DNA of 62,859 bases, counting the filler. It is 12 parts of 12 records of this genome, joined end to end, with 100 filler letters (N's around TTAATTAATTAA, not from the genome) between each part and the next. Parts side by side here need not be neighbours in the genome. Positions count along the whole stretch, not along the records: positions 22,026 to 25,813 come from SRR7504441_2114; positions 25,914 to 31,536 come from SRR7504441_2121; positions 31,637 to 37,860 come from SRR7504441_2123; 9 more parts are not named here. The stretch is one strand, 5' to 3'. Positions 25,026 to 36,466 of the stretch are shown here, in pieces. The translations under genes were made by a program, and so were the position numbers. The first letter of the stretch is position 1. Every line of letters begins with the position of its first letter. The notes beneath the pieces were generated by a model. That model saw only the letters and a list, made by a program, of their open reading frames with translations, did no database searches and was not told the DNA's origin.

Positions 25026-25334
25026 TGGTACGGTATACCCCGGTACCAGGCTGTCCTCTGCAGTCTGGAAAGACCTCAGTCGTCTGTCCGTTGCAGTAGT
25101 CAGGGTTCCCTACGACTATTGTTCGTGGCATGAATTCCGGCGCCAGTGTCGCAGTGTCGGTTGATCATAGGTCGATAGGGTTGATCATGGCGGATGGCGT
25201 GCTGACGCGTCTTGTGGGGGGTGGCGCGGGAAGTCTGCTGGTTGCTGGGGCGGGCATGGGTCTAGCCGCGACCGCGCAATACAGCAAAAGTTGTGCTTAC
25301 TGTCTCTCACAGGCTACTCACAGGCTGTCACGAT

Positions 25335-25388
25335 AATACGTCGTAATATTACGGTAGTAATTACGATTACGGTAATTACGACCGTAAT
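25335..25388. repeat. Cluster of ATTACG/CGTAAT hexamers in both orientations
   Basis: CGTAAT at 25342 and 25383; ATTACG at 25348, 25360, 25366 and 25375. Confidence 0.8.
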
Positions 25389-25913
25389 GACAAGCTTGAT
25401 CTGGGCATCTGGCTGACTGGCTCTGCTCATTTCTGCAATTCAGCGGCGGGTGATGTTGGGTGCCCCGGCTTCCGGCTTTTGTGACTCTTTAGGAAAACAG
25501 ATGAGCACGAGAAGCACTTGGCAGACGTGCGGGCCGACACGGAGGCAAGGGTTTAATTTAATTGTGAATTGAGCGGCCGCAGGGGGCGATGGGCCGGAAC
25601 CTGGAGTTTATTGACAGGTTCCCTAGCCGCCCTGAACACAACTAATGTGGCTGGTCAACCAGCTGCCGGTTATAATCTGAATGGTTGAATTCAAACTGCA
25701 GGCTGCTGGTGGACAAACAGGAGCTATCTCGTCAAAAAGAGAATACTTGACATGCATAATCATGATATCGATATGCATACAATCCAGTGATTCAGATTTC
25801 AATTTCGACCCCCNNNNNNNNNNNNNNNNNNNNNNNNNNNNNNNNNNNNNNNNNNNNTTAATTAATTAANNNNNNNNNNNNNNNNNNNNNNNNNNNNNNN
25901 NNNNNNNNNNNNN

Positions 25914-26049
25914 CTCCTCGAACAGCTCGATCACCAAGGTACCGGCGAACACGCCCTCGACGGCGATGTCCAAGTAAACCATCTGCCCCGCCATCCGCCC
26001 ATCGCCAGCCCGAAGCCCTCACCGAGTCTGGGGCTACGGCCGCCCCCAT
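25914..26049 (-). CDS. Cyclophilin-type PPIase, 5' fragment
   Basis: Removing intron 25983-26022 gives MGAAVAPDS-MVYLDIAVEGVFAGTLVIELFEE, the cyclophilin 'V(Y/F)xDI...G.IVIELF' start. Confidence 0.75.
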
Positions 26050-26169
26050 GCTTGCTGACACAACTTGGGCCTCGCGCTCTCCCCCCCTGGCTTGCCCCCT
26101 GACTGCCTGAGCCTCAAGACACAACTGCAGCTGGGCCCAACCGCCAGGCTGTCGGTGTACAGCGTAGAG

Positions 26170-27421
26170 ATGCAGCCGGTGAGGACGGTTTTGGCCGGGG
26201 TGGCCCGTCCGCGGTCGCCGAGCCCCCCGCCACCCGACGGTGCCAGATCTCGCCCGCCCGCCCCACCGGCTGCAGTGCTGGCCGAATCCGCCGGGCGGGC
26301 TGGGTTGCTGCTGGCAAAGTGCGGGCTCGAGGTCAGCGGGGCCGGCAACCTGCTCTGCCTGGGGCACGTCGGCCTGAGAGCCCCGTCGCACCGGCTGATC
26401 CGCTGGTTCTACATCGAGCTCCTCGGGCTGGCAGCGGACAGTCGCACCCAGCTGGAGCTCGAGCAGGGGTACGGCCGACTCTGGCTCAACGCCGGGCTGG
26501 CCCAGCTCCGAATAGAGGAGGGCCAGCCGCGACTGTGCCCGGGAGAGATCCGGCTCGCATACCCGGACCTAGATACTGTTGAGCTCAGGCTGCACGCGGC
26601 CGGCGGGCTCTCGCGCCGGCGGGTGGGCAGGACGGCCAGCGAGCCGGGGCAGCTGGAGGTCAGCAGCCCGTTCGGGGAGCCGCTGGTGCTGGTCGAGAGC
26701 TGCGAGGGCCCCGACCGGCGGGGGGCGCTCCCGGGGCCGCGCGGAGGGTCACTCGGGCTGGCCTGTGTTGAGTATAGGATCGGGACGGGTGAGGCGCGGG
26801 CTGTGGCCCGATTCTACCAGCGAGCGCTTGGGGCGCGCGTGCTGGTGGTGGGCGAGAGCGGGGCGGAGCGGGCGGTGGTGCAAGTCGGGCCGAGCACACA
26901 GCTTGTGTTCAGCGAGTCAGCCCAGCCTGTGGTGACACAGCGGGGCTAGCTGTGTTGATTGGATTGGCAGGGCGGGAGTGGGCACCGGTTGGCTGTGTAC
27001 GTTCTGCATTTTGAGGAATGCGTGGCCGTGCTCGCACAGCTCGGTCTGGTGCTCGAGTGCACTGGGGGCAGCGAGCAAGCTCGGTCGGATCTGGAGCAGG
27101 CGCGCGCGACGGTGCAGCATGAGGGGCGCTGGGCTGAGGCGGCTGCAGGGCGAGGTTAGGTTTAGAGATATCATTTTGCTGGATAGTCGGCCGGCCCCCA
27201 GCCGGCAGAGACCTAGGTGGGTGGTGTGGTTGGATGGCCACCCATTGGGGAGCAGGGTGCTGTTCCGGCTGGATCACCAGATACGATCCATCGACCACCC
27301 GGAGTGCCCAATAGCCGAGTGCATCAAGCAACGGTGTGCCGCCCGGTTGGCGGCGGCGAGCGTCGGCAGGCTGAAACAGCTGCCGCCCTCAAACGCGCGA
27401 GAGCTCCTCGAGGAGTACTAA
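26170..27421 (+). CDS. VOC/glyoxalase-like two-domain protein
   Basis: GNLLCLGHVGL..WFYIELLGL, LWLNAG, VARFYQRALGA, GHRLAVYV, RFRDII, LFRLDHQIRSIDHP. ORFs 26065-26949 and 26978-27421 are linked by small introns. Confidence 0.65.
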
Positions 27422-27577
27422 ACGCTAGCTGACTACTAGGCTAAACGAGCGTGCACGGTAGTCTCGGCCATGCATTAGCCATGTACAATCATGCATATAG
27501 TCATGCATGCAATAATAATGAGGTTTTTAATGGTCGTACTTTTAATGATCGGCGGTTACTAGCACCGGCCTGTGTGG

Positions 27578-28846
27578 TCATACACTCAGCCTCTTACTTT
27601 GTGGGTGCTCTGCTCTGCTTATGAAGTCAAGTGCGTCGCCAGTCGGCAGCTCGCTTGGATCAACTGTCCAGCGCTCATCGACCAGCCCCTCCCCGTCATC
27701 CGCCTCGCCAACAGTGCCTCTGGTAGCGCTGTCAAACGTCCTCGCCCTGCCTCGCTTCAGCCAGCGCATCGCTAACAGGTTGCTCCTTGATATGGTCCGT
27801 ATGTGCTCCGACGGCCTTGCCCACCAGGTGGCCCGCCGGTCATCCTCGTCCGGGTGAGCGAGCGGCTCCTGGCTGGCTGACCGGCACTCGATCTCGAGCT
27901 GTGACCGTAGCCAGCCGAACGCGAGAACACCCACCACCGCACACAGCATCCCGATGGCCCATATTATCCGGCCACTGTCGCTGAACGCCGAGGCTTCTTT
28001 CCAGAACGTGATGCCTCCCGCTGAGACTGTTAGGCTCTCGGCCACCGCGTGGCATGAGAGGACCATCATGGCCGAGGCCTCGAGCAGCCCTTCGGCGTTC
28101 AGGCCGTTCTGAAGATAATAAGTGGTCACGACCACAGCCGATACAATGTAAAGGCAAGGCGATTTGAGGAAGCCGACCACCCCACCGCAGCACTCGTAGT
28201 TGCCTATGATCAGCGAGAATAGCGTCTTAGATATGGTGGTGTTGATCCCACCGAAGATGCCCGAGAGCGTCCCGAAGCTGAGCTGGACAGCCGCCATCTT
28301 CCAGGTGATTCGGATCTGGTTGAAGTCCCCATCGACTTGGTCCTTAATCTGGTACCGGAGCCCCCAAATCCCGGCGGCCAGCAGCGCGCAGCACACCCAG
28401 AACGCGATCGAGGCCGGCTGGGCCAGGTAGTCCAGGAACTGGCTGTCAGTGAGGTGCACGTTTTGGGTCTGCGGAGAGAATCCGGCGGCCAGACCGGTGC
28501 CGGTGCAGAGCAGCGCCATCACCGGAAAGTCGATGTGCCAACGCCAGGGCTCGTGGTTCATGAGCACTGCGAACGGGATGTTGAAGATAACCAGGGTGAG
28601 CTGGAGCGGGCCAGTGATCGTGAGCGGAGCCAGCTGGGCCGCCGGGATCCCGAGGAGCCCCGACACCAGGAAGAGCACAAACCCCACCACCCAGGCCCGC
28701 TGGCGCCAGACGGTGCGCTGCTCCGGCAACGGCAGCTTTTCCTCGCGCGTGATGCTCCAGCGCTGCAGGTTGGCCCCGTAGGCCTGGCCGAGCGATGAGC
28801 AGCACTGCAGCCCGATCCCGTAGATGAATGTGTCGCTCTGTCCCAT
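27578..28846 (-). CDS. NIPA-type magnesium transporter / DMT superfamily membrane protein
   Basis: Intronless ORF with about 9 TM segments; GQAYGANLQR, WVVGFVLF, LAPLTITGPL, VLMNHE, GGITFWKE. Confidence 0.8.
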   Translation of the reverse strand: MGQSDTFIYGIGLQCCSSLGQAYGANLQRWSITREEKLPLPEQRTVWRQRAWVVGFVLFLVSGLLGIPAAQLAPLTITGPLQLTLVIFNIPFAVLMNHEPWRWHIDFPVMALLCTGTGLAAGFSPQTQNVHLTDSQFLDYLAQPASIAFWVCCALLAAGIWGLRYQIKDQVDGDFNQIRITWKMAAVQLSFGTLSGIFGGINTTISKTLFSLIIGNYECCGGVVGFLKSPCLYIVSAVVVTTYYLQNGLNAEGLLEASAMMVLSCHAVAESLTVSAGGITFWKEASAFSDSGRIIWAIGMLCAVVGVLAFGWLRSQLEIECRSASQEPLAHPDEDDRRATWWARPSEHIRTISRSNLLAMRWLKRGRARTFDSATRGTVGEADDGEGLVDERWTVDPSELPTGDALDFISRAEHPQSKRLSV

Positions 28847-28988
28847 GACCGGCGGGCGGCCCAGCAGTCAGCCCAGGCCTGGGCAGCAGCAGGGGGCCGC
28901 AGCGGCGGCACCGCAACCGCGGCCGAAGGGCAACCGGCCGAGGCAACTGGGGCGAAAAAGTCCGCGAGACCCGAGGCAGGTGGCTCAG

Positions 28989-30715
28989 ATGAGCGCTCCG
29001 CAGGCGGGCGGGGCTCCGGGCGGGGCGGAGGTCAAGCGGCGGTCACTCCCGCTGATCCGTCGGCCAGCGCAGCGAACGCTCTGCGGGGGGCACAACTGGA
29101 ACGTGGTGGTCGGGTTTGTGTTCAGCATCTCCAACTACGCGGCCCAGTCAGTGTGGGGCAACTCGATCCTCTCGGCCTTCATCTACATCGCCACCGACAG
29201 GGACACGATGAAGGTGGGCATCTCGGAGGGGCTGATGGGTCTGGGCACCGTGGCCGTCGGCTTCCTCAGCGGGTGGCTCTCGGACCGGGCGGGCGGGCGG
29301 GCGCGGATGATTAGATTCGGCGGACTGATTAATATCCTGGCGATAGCGGCCACCGCGGTGGCGGTGCTGTACGACTGGAACCGGTTCGCGATGATCTGCA
29401 CCGCCTGCACGCTCTGGGGCACTTTCTCGGGAGTGACCACTGCCGCTGTCGAGGCGATCTTTGGTGACAGCGTGGTCAGCGGCAAGCGCACCGAGGTCTA
29501 CTTGTGGCGGGACGGGCTGGGCACCGCGGCCCGGTGCGCGGGGCCGTGCGTGGCGGTGCTGATATTCATCGCGCTGAACGAGAACGACTGGAGAATGTCA
29601 GACTTGCGCGTGGTGATGATGGCGGGACTGGCAATGGCGGTCATCCCGTGTGTGGCGTGCTTCTGCTTCAGCGACGAGGACACGCTGGGGCACGAGTCGG
29701 AGGCATTCAACGCCCCGCTTAAGAATGAAGCGATGGATCACCGGACGGTCTACGATCCACGGCACGGCGCAGCAACAAAGGCGGATTCGTCCAATCGGCG
29801 CACGAGGTACATCCCTTTAGTCCAGTTCCTCTCTTCGCTAGTGATGGGGATTGCTTCCGGGATCACCTCCAAGTACTTTCCCATCTACTTTATCGACGAC
29901 ATCAAGCTTGGTCCGATCCTAGTCAACGGGGTCTATGCTCTGATGCCTCTCACGACCTCAATGGCCTCGTTTGCGGCTATTCGACTAGCTTATGTGATCG
30001 GGCGGGTCCAAGCCGTGATCGCCTGCATGCTGGTGGCCATTCCGCTGCTGTTCGTTATGGCGGCCATTCCGACCTCTTTCTGGAAGTCGGAGCCGGCCAT
30101 GATCATTGCTGTGCAAGTCCTACGAACTTCGGCGATGAATGCATACTCGCCTATTTCCCGGTCCATCCTCAACGACTATGCGCCCAAAGAGCAGCGCGCA
30201 CGCTGGAACTCGCTCTCCTCCTTCCAGAAGGCAAATGCCTGCCCGGGCTCGGCTGATCAGTGCGCATGCAGGTGGGCTGGTCAGGCTCAGCGATGATTGG
30301 AGGATGGTTGGTTAAGAATTATGGATTTTCGATTTGCTTCTGGGCAACGGCCGGGATCCAGTGCCTGGGGCTGCTGATTCGGGTCGCACTGCTTCGCATT
30401 GTTCCCAAAGACCCAATTGTAGAATCATCCAGATCATCGGAAGCATGGAATTACATGATGTCGAAAGAAAGTTTTAGTGCCTCCTTTGTTGAAGACCCCA
30501 ATGCAGGGATCATTGAGAACGAAGGGCAGACAGCAACCGACTGGTCGCCGGGTAAGAGGTTCTCGACGACTTCGGCGGCGACGGATGCCTCGCTCTTGTC
30601 GAATGGCACTAACGGTCCACCTGATGCTGATGACCAGTCATGGGACAGTGCAGGATCTCTGCATTCGTCCTTCTTTTCCAGCGCAGGCAATCTAGAGTAT
30701 GATGACGAAGGCTAA
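28989..30715 (+). CDS. Major facilitator superfamily transporter
   Basis: About 12 TM segments, motif A-like GWLSDRAGGR, ILNDYAPKEQRARWNS. GC-AG intron 30231-30271 joins to VGWSGSAMIGGWL. Confidence 0.88.
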
Positions 30716-31011
30716 CGTGAGTTGGCGCGGGCTTGCAAATCTAGACATCTTGGAACGTTTTTAAGTAGTGACTGTTTTTATTGTCTTCTCGTCTCATCGC
30801 CGGGATCCTGAAAACAGAATCTGGTCTTAGACCATGATTCTGTTACATTATGTGGCAGAATTCGAACTAATAACTTCATAAATAAGTTACTCATCGAATT
30901 AAGGGCCAATCAACGATGGGGCTGATGCGCTCTTATGCATTTTTAAGCTGTACACAGCTCGCGTTCATTTACAGCTATATAGCGCTTACGGATATAATGA
31001 ATATAATTACT

Positions 31012-31468
31012 CTACATCAAAAAGTGCGTAGTCTTCGTCTTGATCGGAAGTCATCTGCTGGTCGACAAGCTTGCTTTGCTCCTCTTGTATTTTCAACAGC
31101 TTGGTCGCAAAGGCCGTGATACCCTGCACCATGCCGCGTGCCGTTGGCAAAATTCTGCGGCCACAAACTCAAAGCGATTGAGCAGCTTATTCATTGTAGC
31201 GTCGCCGCCAGCTGAGGCTTTGGCAATCGCACTGGCAAAGTAAACAACTGCGGCAGAGGCATCCCACTCGCGGGCATGCTGACCGCCAAGCAGAACAATC
31301 TGTGCCTTGTCCTTGGCGCCTGTTGTGCTTGCAATGTGGAGCGCAGTGATGTCACGGCCTTCATGAGTCTTCCCCAGGCTCGGAACAACCTTGACCGTCT
31401 TCGGATGCTGGCGCTGGATGCTCTTCACTTTCTCCACTTGCTGATCGTACGAATGGTACTTGTGGAAC
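31012..31468 (-). pseudogene. M14 zinc carboxypeptidase fragment lacking the central catalytic region
   Basis: FHKYHSYDQ..LGKTHEGRDI..GGQHAREW (HxxE) is present. After NRFEF and a 41-nt intron (31124-31164) the reading goes straight to a C-terminal-type helix GITAFATKLL...*. No NPDG, RKN, HSY or catalytic Glu region. Confidence 0.55.
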
Positions 31469-31636
31469 CTACTGGTTTTTACTGATCCATCAATATATTT
31501 TAATATGGTTGATTTTTAATAATTTCCCCGAAAATANNNNNNNNNNNNNNNNNNNNNNNNNNNNNNNNNNNNNNNNNNNNTTAATTAATTAANNNNNNNN
31601 NNNNNNNNNNNNNNNNNNNNNNNNNNNNNNNNNNNN

Positions 31637-34600
31637 CACGGCTCTGCGGTTGACATGAGTGCCACTAGTCAGTCCAGTCTCCACCCCTGGACTGTGCAGG
31701 CTCCTCAGGCACTGACCATCAAGTGCGCGAAATAGCGTGAACGAGATGCTGAACATTTTCTTGCCCCGAGTTTGCTGGGTCCACCGCACGTCTTCCTGAG
31801 TGAGGACAATCTGTCCAAAGCAGCTCATCCCAACCCTCGGTGGCTCCGGTACTTCGAGCAGGTACTGTGGGTTGCTCAGGAAAGCCGCTTGTCCGCCGAC
31901 ATTGCCGCAACCACCCGCTCGGGAGCCGACCCAGCTGCCCTCCACCTTTGAACGGAAAAAGCTCTCAGGGAAGAGCATAGACATCTCCACTGAATCAAAC
32001 TCGCGAACCAGGTCCTCGTACGCCATAACGAACTCGCCATCGTCGTCGTCCAAATCGTATCCGGTCAGCCGCTTGGCCCGTGCCGTCCATCGGGAGGAAT
32101 CGAAATCGCTCCATGCCCCGCGCCACTCTTTTCTGCCCCACGGGTTCCTGAGAAGGCAGAGCAGTGGTAGCTGGCCGTCAGTATCAATAAGCCGAATCAA
32201 CGAGTATTCGTGGTCGGAGAGCAGACCGTTCCCAATGTCAGTCTCAGCCGACGCAGATGGCACGTGCACCGACACGCCTACCATCAGCTTGACGCCGTGA
32301 GCTGCACATAGCTTGTAGCGGCTGAGCAGTTGCTCCGCCGAGAGCGCCTTTTGGAATGAGCCGTCTTGCTTGGAAAATACCTAAGTACTGGGGTCAGGCA
32401 AGCCTAAAGGAGCACGAGCCTGCGGGGCTGCTCCGCACACGTCCCTCATACCATATGAAAACGTGCCGCCCTCGATGTTGGCATAGCCACCGTGTAGCTT
32501 GGCGTACGCTTTCTCCAAAATGGGCAGCCTAAAGAATGATCAGCCCCTTATGCAATGCTGCTGGTGGATAGCACCAGATTGCTTGGCCAACTTCGGTCGG
32601 ATCTTGAAAGTTGAGACACGAGCCGAGCATCAGCTTCGTGCTCGTGTAGCCCCGCCATTTGCCGCCAATCACTAGTAACCGATCGTCTACAATCACTTCG
32701 ACCCAACGGCCGTGCTTGAAGAACGAGACAACGTAGTACCCGAGTGCCGGATTGGCCTCAATAAACCGGTGGCGTAACACCTCGGGTGCAGTGGCTGCAG
32801 TGGTAGCCAGAGCTGAGATGAACCAGCTGCGCACACAGACGATCAGCACAATCGACCAACGCGCTCGGTTGTTGTACCAGTCTCCGAGAGCTCCTTGTTT
32901 TACAGTCGAGTACTCAGGACCCCCGATGCCCTTATGCACTCTGGCTGACGGAAGCGTCTTGGCACCTGAAGCCTTGTCCATGAACAGGATCGGGTCCTCG
33001 ATGAATTCATCCGGCCGCAGCCACAGCCAGGCACCCTGCCAACCGTTCGGCCGCGCCTGAACCCGGAGCGCGCCTGGTTCCGCGACAGCGTGTTGAACGT
33101 GCTCCGTGGCCACTCCATCCTCGACGGGGCAAAGTCGGGATCTTCAAACCGGACGCCTCTGGACTTGACCAGTTCGATTGTCCTCAGAATCGCTGGGTCA
33201 GATACAGCCTGTGGCCCGTAGCAGAGCACAAGCTGCTCCCTCTCGGACTCGCTCTCCGATTGCCTCAGAATCTGCTGTTGTCGAGCTCTCCACTCCGCCT
33301 GTGCGTTCTCGCGGGCCTCGGCCTGCTGCCGCTTCTGTCTTTCCAAAGCTCGGCGCTTGGCCTCAAGCTCTGCGGCCCTCCGCGCTTCCTCCTGCAACAC
33401 GCCTTCAGTCGCCCGCCAGCCTGCAGACTGACCTGATCCTGCATCTCCCGTCGCTTCAGCTCCAGCAGCTGCGCTCGCTCCCTCGATATACGGTCATGCT
33501 CCCGCCGCCACGCCTCCTCCTCCGCCTCAGCGCGCCGACTGGCCGCTTCCTGCCTCAGCCTCCTCTGCTCGTCCCATGCATGCTGGTCCCGCCGCTTCTC
33601 TTCATCCGCCCGTGGGTCGTTAAACGCCCTCGAGAGCTGCCTATATTCATCGTCCAGAGCCGCCCAAGCACTCAGCCCGAACCCTCCGAACCGATCTTGC
33701 GGGGAAGATCCAAACAGCCCGGCTCGGGACGAGAAAAGGCTATTCAAATCGGCCCAACCGGAGTCTTGATACCAGGCAAGCTCGCTGGCATCGATTCCTC
33801 CGTTCAGGTGAGTCACTTGCTCCGATACCATCTCGCCCGACGGATCGTACACGCGCTCAATCGTGGTAGCTTTCCGCGCCAACATGCCACGCTCGCTTGT
33901 GCCTTCGAGCGCTGCTTGTGCATCGGGCTCTGGCTCGGACCGTCGTCCCCAATTATTTGGTTCCAGCTTGGGGAAGGTCCTTTGGTGATCCGTCAACCGC
34001 TGCTCTGCTGCCTTCCGCGCCTGCGCCAACTGTTCTTCGGCCTTTTCGCGCCGGGTCCGTTCGTCCCGAGACAGCTTTGCACGAGCTGCCGCCTCCCTCT
34101 CCTGCCTCGACCCACCCTCCTCGGCCCTGGCCAATTGCCGCTCCCGCTCCCGTGACGCAGCCTGCTCCTCACGCCCAGGATCCGCCTCACACGCGCTGTC
34201 ATCGGCGCCGATCCCGCGCTCGGACGCCAGTCGGAGCAGCGCGTCCTTCCCGAACTGCTGGTCGACCTCCTCCTTCGAGACCCCGCGGCTGATCAAAAAC
34301 TTCTTGAGCGCCATGTACGACATGCCCTCCAGGTCTGCCCGACCGGCCGCGCCGTGCTCCATCCGCAGGCCCTCCGCCGACCTCACCGGCTGCTTGGGCG
34401 CCGGCTCAGCCACCGGCGGTGCCTCATCCGACTCAGCCTCGACTGGCCCTAGCACGCCTCCAACCCCGCACTCTAGCGCCAGCTGGAGCAGCTCGGGCTT
34501 GCCCGGCTGCCGGTCAGCGTCCTCCTTGGAAACCCCGTGCCGGACTAGGAACCGCTTGAGCGCCACGTAAGACATGCTCTCCAGCTCGGCCGCCGCCAGC

Positions 34601-35226
34601 TCCTTCCCCCGCCTGCTCTCCGGGAGCTTGCCTCGCACCACCTCGCGGCCGGCGCCCTCCTCACGCTTACGGCCCTGAATGATCCGTTGCTGATCCCGCC
34701 GGCGGCCTTCGCTAGTCCGCTCGCGCTCCCGAACCCTCCGCCCTTGGTCCTCTGCTAGCGCCTCTCGCTGCCGGAGCGAAGGGGCGGCCGACACTCGCGG
34801 CCTGTCCAATTGTCGGTCTCGGGCCAGCTTGATCAGCGCCGCCTTGCCGAATTGGGCCTGCACGGCCGCCCGGTCCACGCCTGCCTCCAGGAGCAGCTGC
34901 TTCAGCTCGAGATAGCTTAGCGCCTCCAGCGCGACGTCCAGCTCCGGCCGCCGGGCCGCCCGGACCGTCGGGGCCGGGGCAGGATCCGCCCGGCCGGTCT
35001 GGCGGGGCTGGCCGTTAACGGTCTTTAGGAGCACCCGGCCGGTGGCATCGTACTTGGTGACGGTGGTGTTGCCGTCGGCGTCGGTGCTGGTGACGGTGCG
35101 CACTGCCTGGCTCGGCCGCGGGGCCGGCTGGCTGCTCCGGCCGACACGCCGGCCGTCCCGGTCGTATTCGGCGACGGTGGTGACGCCGTCCGCATCCGTG
35201 GTGGTCACTGTGCGGCGGTACGGCAT
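31637..35226 (-). CDS. Calpain (CysPc plus domain III) with long repeat-containing N-terminus (3' truncated)
   Basis: FEDPDF, WLRP, QGALGDCWFISAL (Cys codon split by intron 32827-32877), VIVDDRL, LEKAYAKLHGGYANIEGG, HEYS, LRNPWG, and domain III GSWVGSRAGGC..NPQY. Confidence 0.92.
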
Positions 35227-35354
35227 CCCCGGCGCCCCTTGCCGAGCTTTGTCGGCGCGCCTCGGCGGGGTGTGGCACAGCTGCTGTGACAGCAACGGCT
35301 GAATCTATTCGGAGCTGTGTGCGCCGGTGTGCGGGGTCTCATAGGGGTGAGGGG

Positions 35355-36045
35355 ATGGAAGTGACGCGGCTGGACCGGCCGCCGGCGGGGTGGCAGCAGC
35401 AGGACCACCTGCGGGCCCAGCGGATGGAGCTGGATCGGCTGATCTCCACCTGCAATAACGAGATCTCAGCCAAGGAAGTCGCCACCAAGAAGGCACACTC
35501 GGCCCTCGTGGCCACCGCCACCGCCTCCCTCCGCAAGACCATGGCCGAGTGAGCCCGCGGGTGCGGCGCCGGGCGAGGCCGGACAGGCACCACGACATGC
35601 TCCGCCGGCTCGGCCGATCCCCCACCAAGCCCAACCGGCCTCTCGAGACCCCCGACAGTGGCCAGTTCTCGGCCGCCTGGGACGACGCGAGCGGGGTGGC
35701 CAAATCCCGGATGGTCCGGTGCGCCAGCGGGCGGGAGGGGCGGTGAGGTGAGGCTGGGGCCGCAGGCTGCGAAGCGATCACAAGATGTTAAGGAGCGAGC
35801 GGAGCATGCGGCCGGCAGAACACATGCTAACCCGAACGATCCCGATATGCAAGCACACGCTGCCGCACAACAACTGGCGGCGGGCGCACGAGCCGCCATT
35901 GGGGGCGGGAGTGGATCCTGTGGAAAGAGACATGCTGGAGCTGGAGGCACTGGAGAAGCGGAGGGCCGTGCTGCAAGCAGCGTTACGGACGACTGGGCGG
36001 GCAAAGGAGAGCAGCAGGTGCCGGGAGACTTGGCGCACCGAATGA
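35355..36045 (+). CDS. Hypothetical multi-exon coiled-coil protein
   Basis: ORFs 35286-35552, 35549-35746 and 35785-36045 are separated by short GT-AG segments; the 3' end is uncertain. Confidence 0.45.
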
Positions 36046-36466
36046 GTCGGTGCAGGCATTTGACGCCACTCGGGACAATGCCGTCCCCATTCGACACGCC
36101 CTACCGGACTGGGTGGCCTAAACAATGGGACTCGTCAGGGCGGGGGGCACGTTCGGGCCCTGTGGAGCCTTTGGAGTAGGTTAGCGGCGTGGTGCACGGA
36201 CTGATTGTGGATGCAGGGGCGATTGGAGAGCCGCCTCCTTTCACAGTGATGAACGGAATCGGTTCGTCAATGGGTGATGCTGGGTTTGGCGGATGTTGCT
36301 GTGATCGAGACCAGATCAGTTTTATGTACAGTAGCGTTCACGCGTAATTCACGCGCTATGTAGCAATAACGAGCGAGTAGGAACTATATGTGAACTACTG
36401 GTCGTACGAGTAAGTACACTTGGTGTGCACATAATCATGTATTTGCACAAAACTAATCTAATAATA

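Noticed and set aside
25096-25119. Hairpin gtagtc-aggg-tt-ccct-ac-gactat as an ncRNA
   Set aside because: A short stem only, with no snRNA/snoRNA/tRNA signature recognised.
32827-32877. Catalytically dead calpain (QGALGDW in the ORF track)
   Set aside because: A 51-nt in-frame GT-AG intron splits the TGC codon; splicing restores QGALGDCW.
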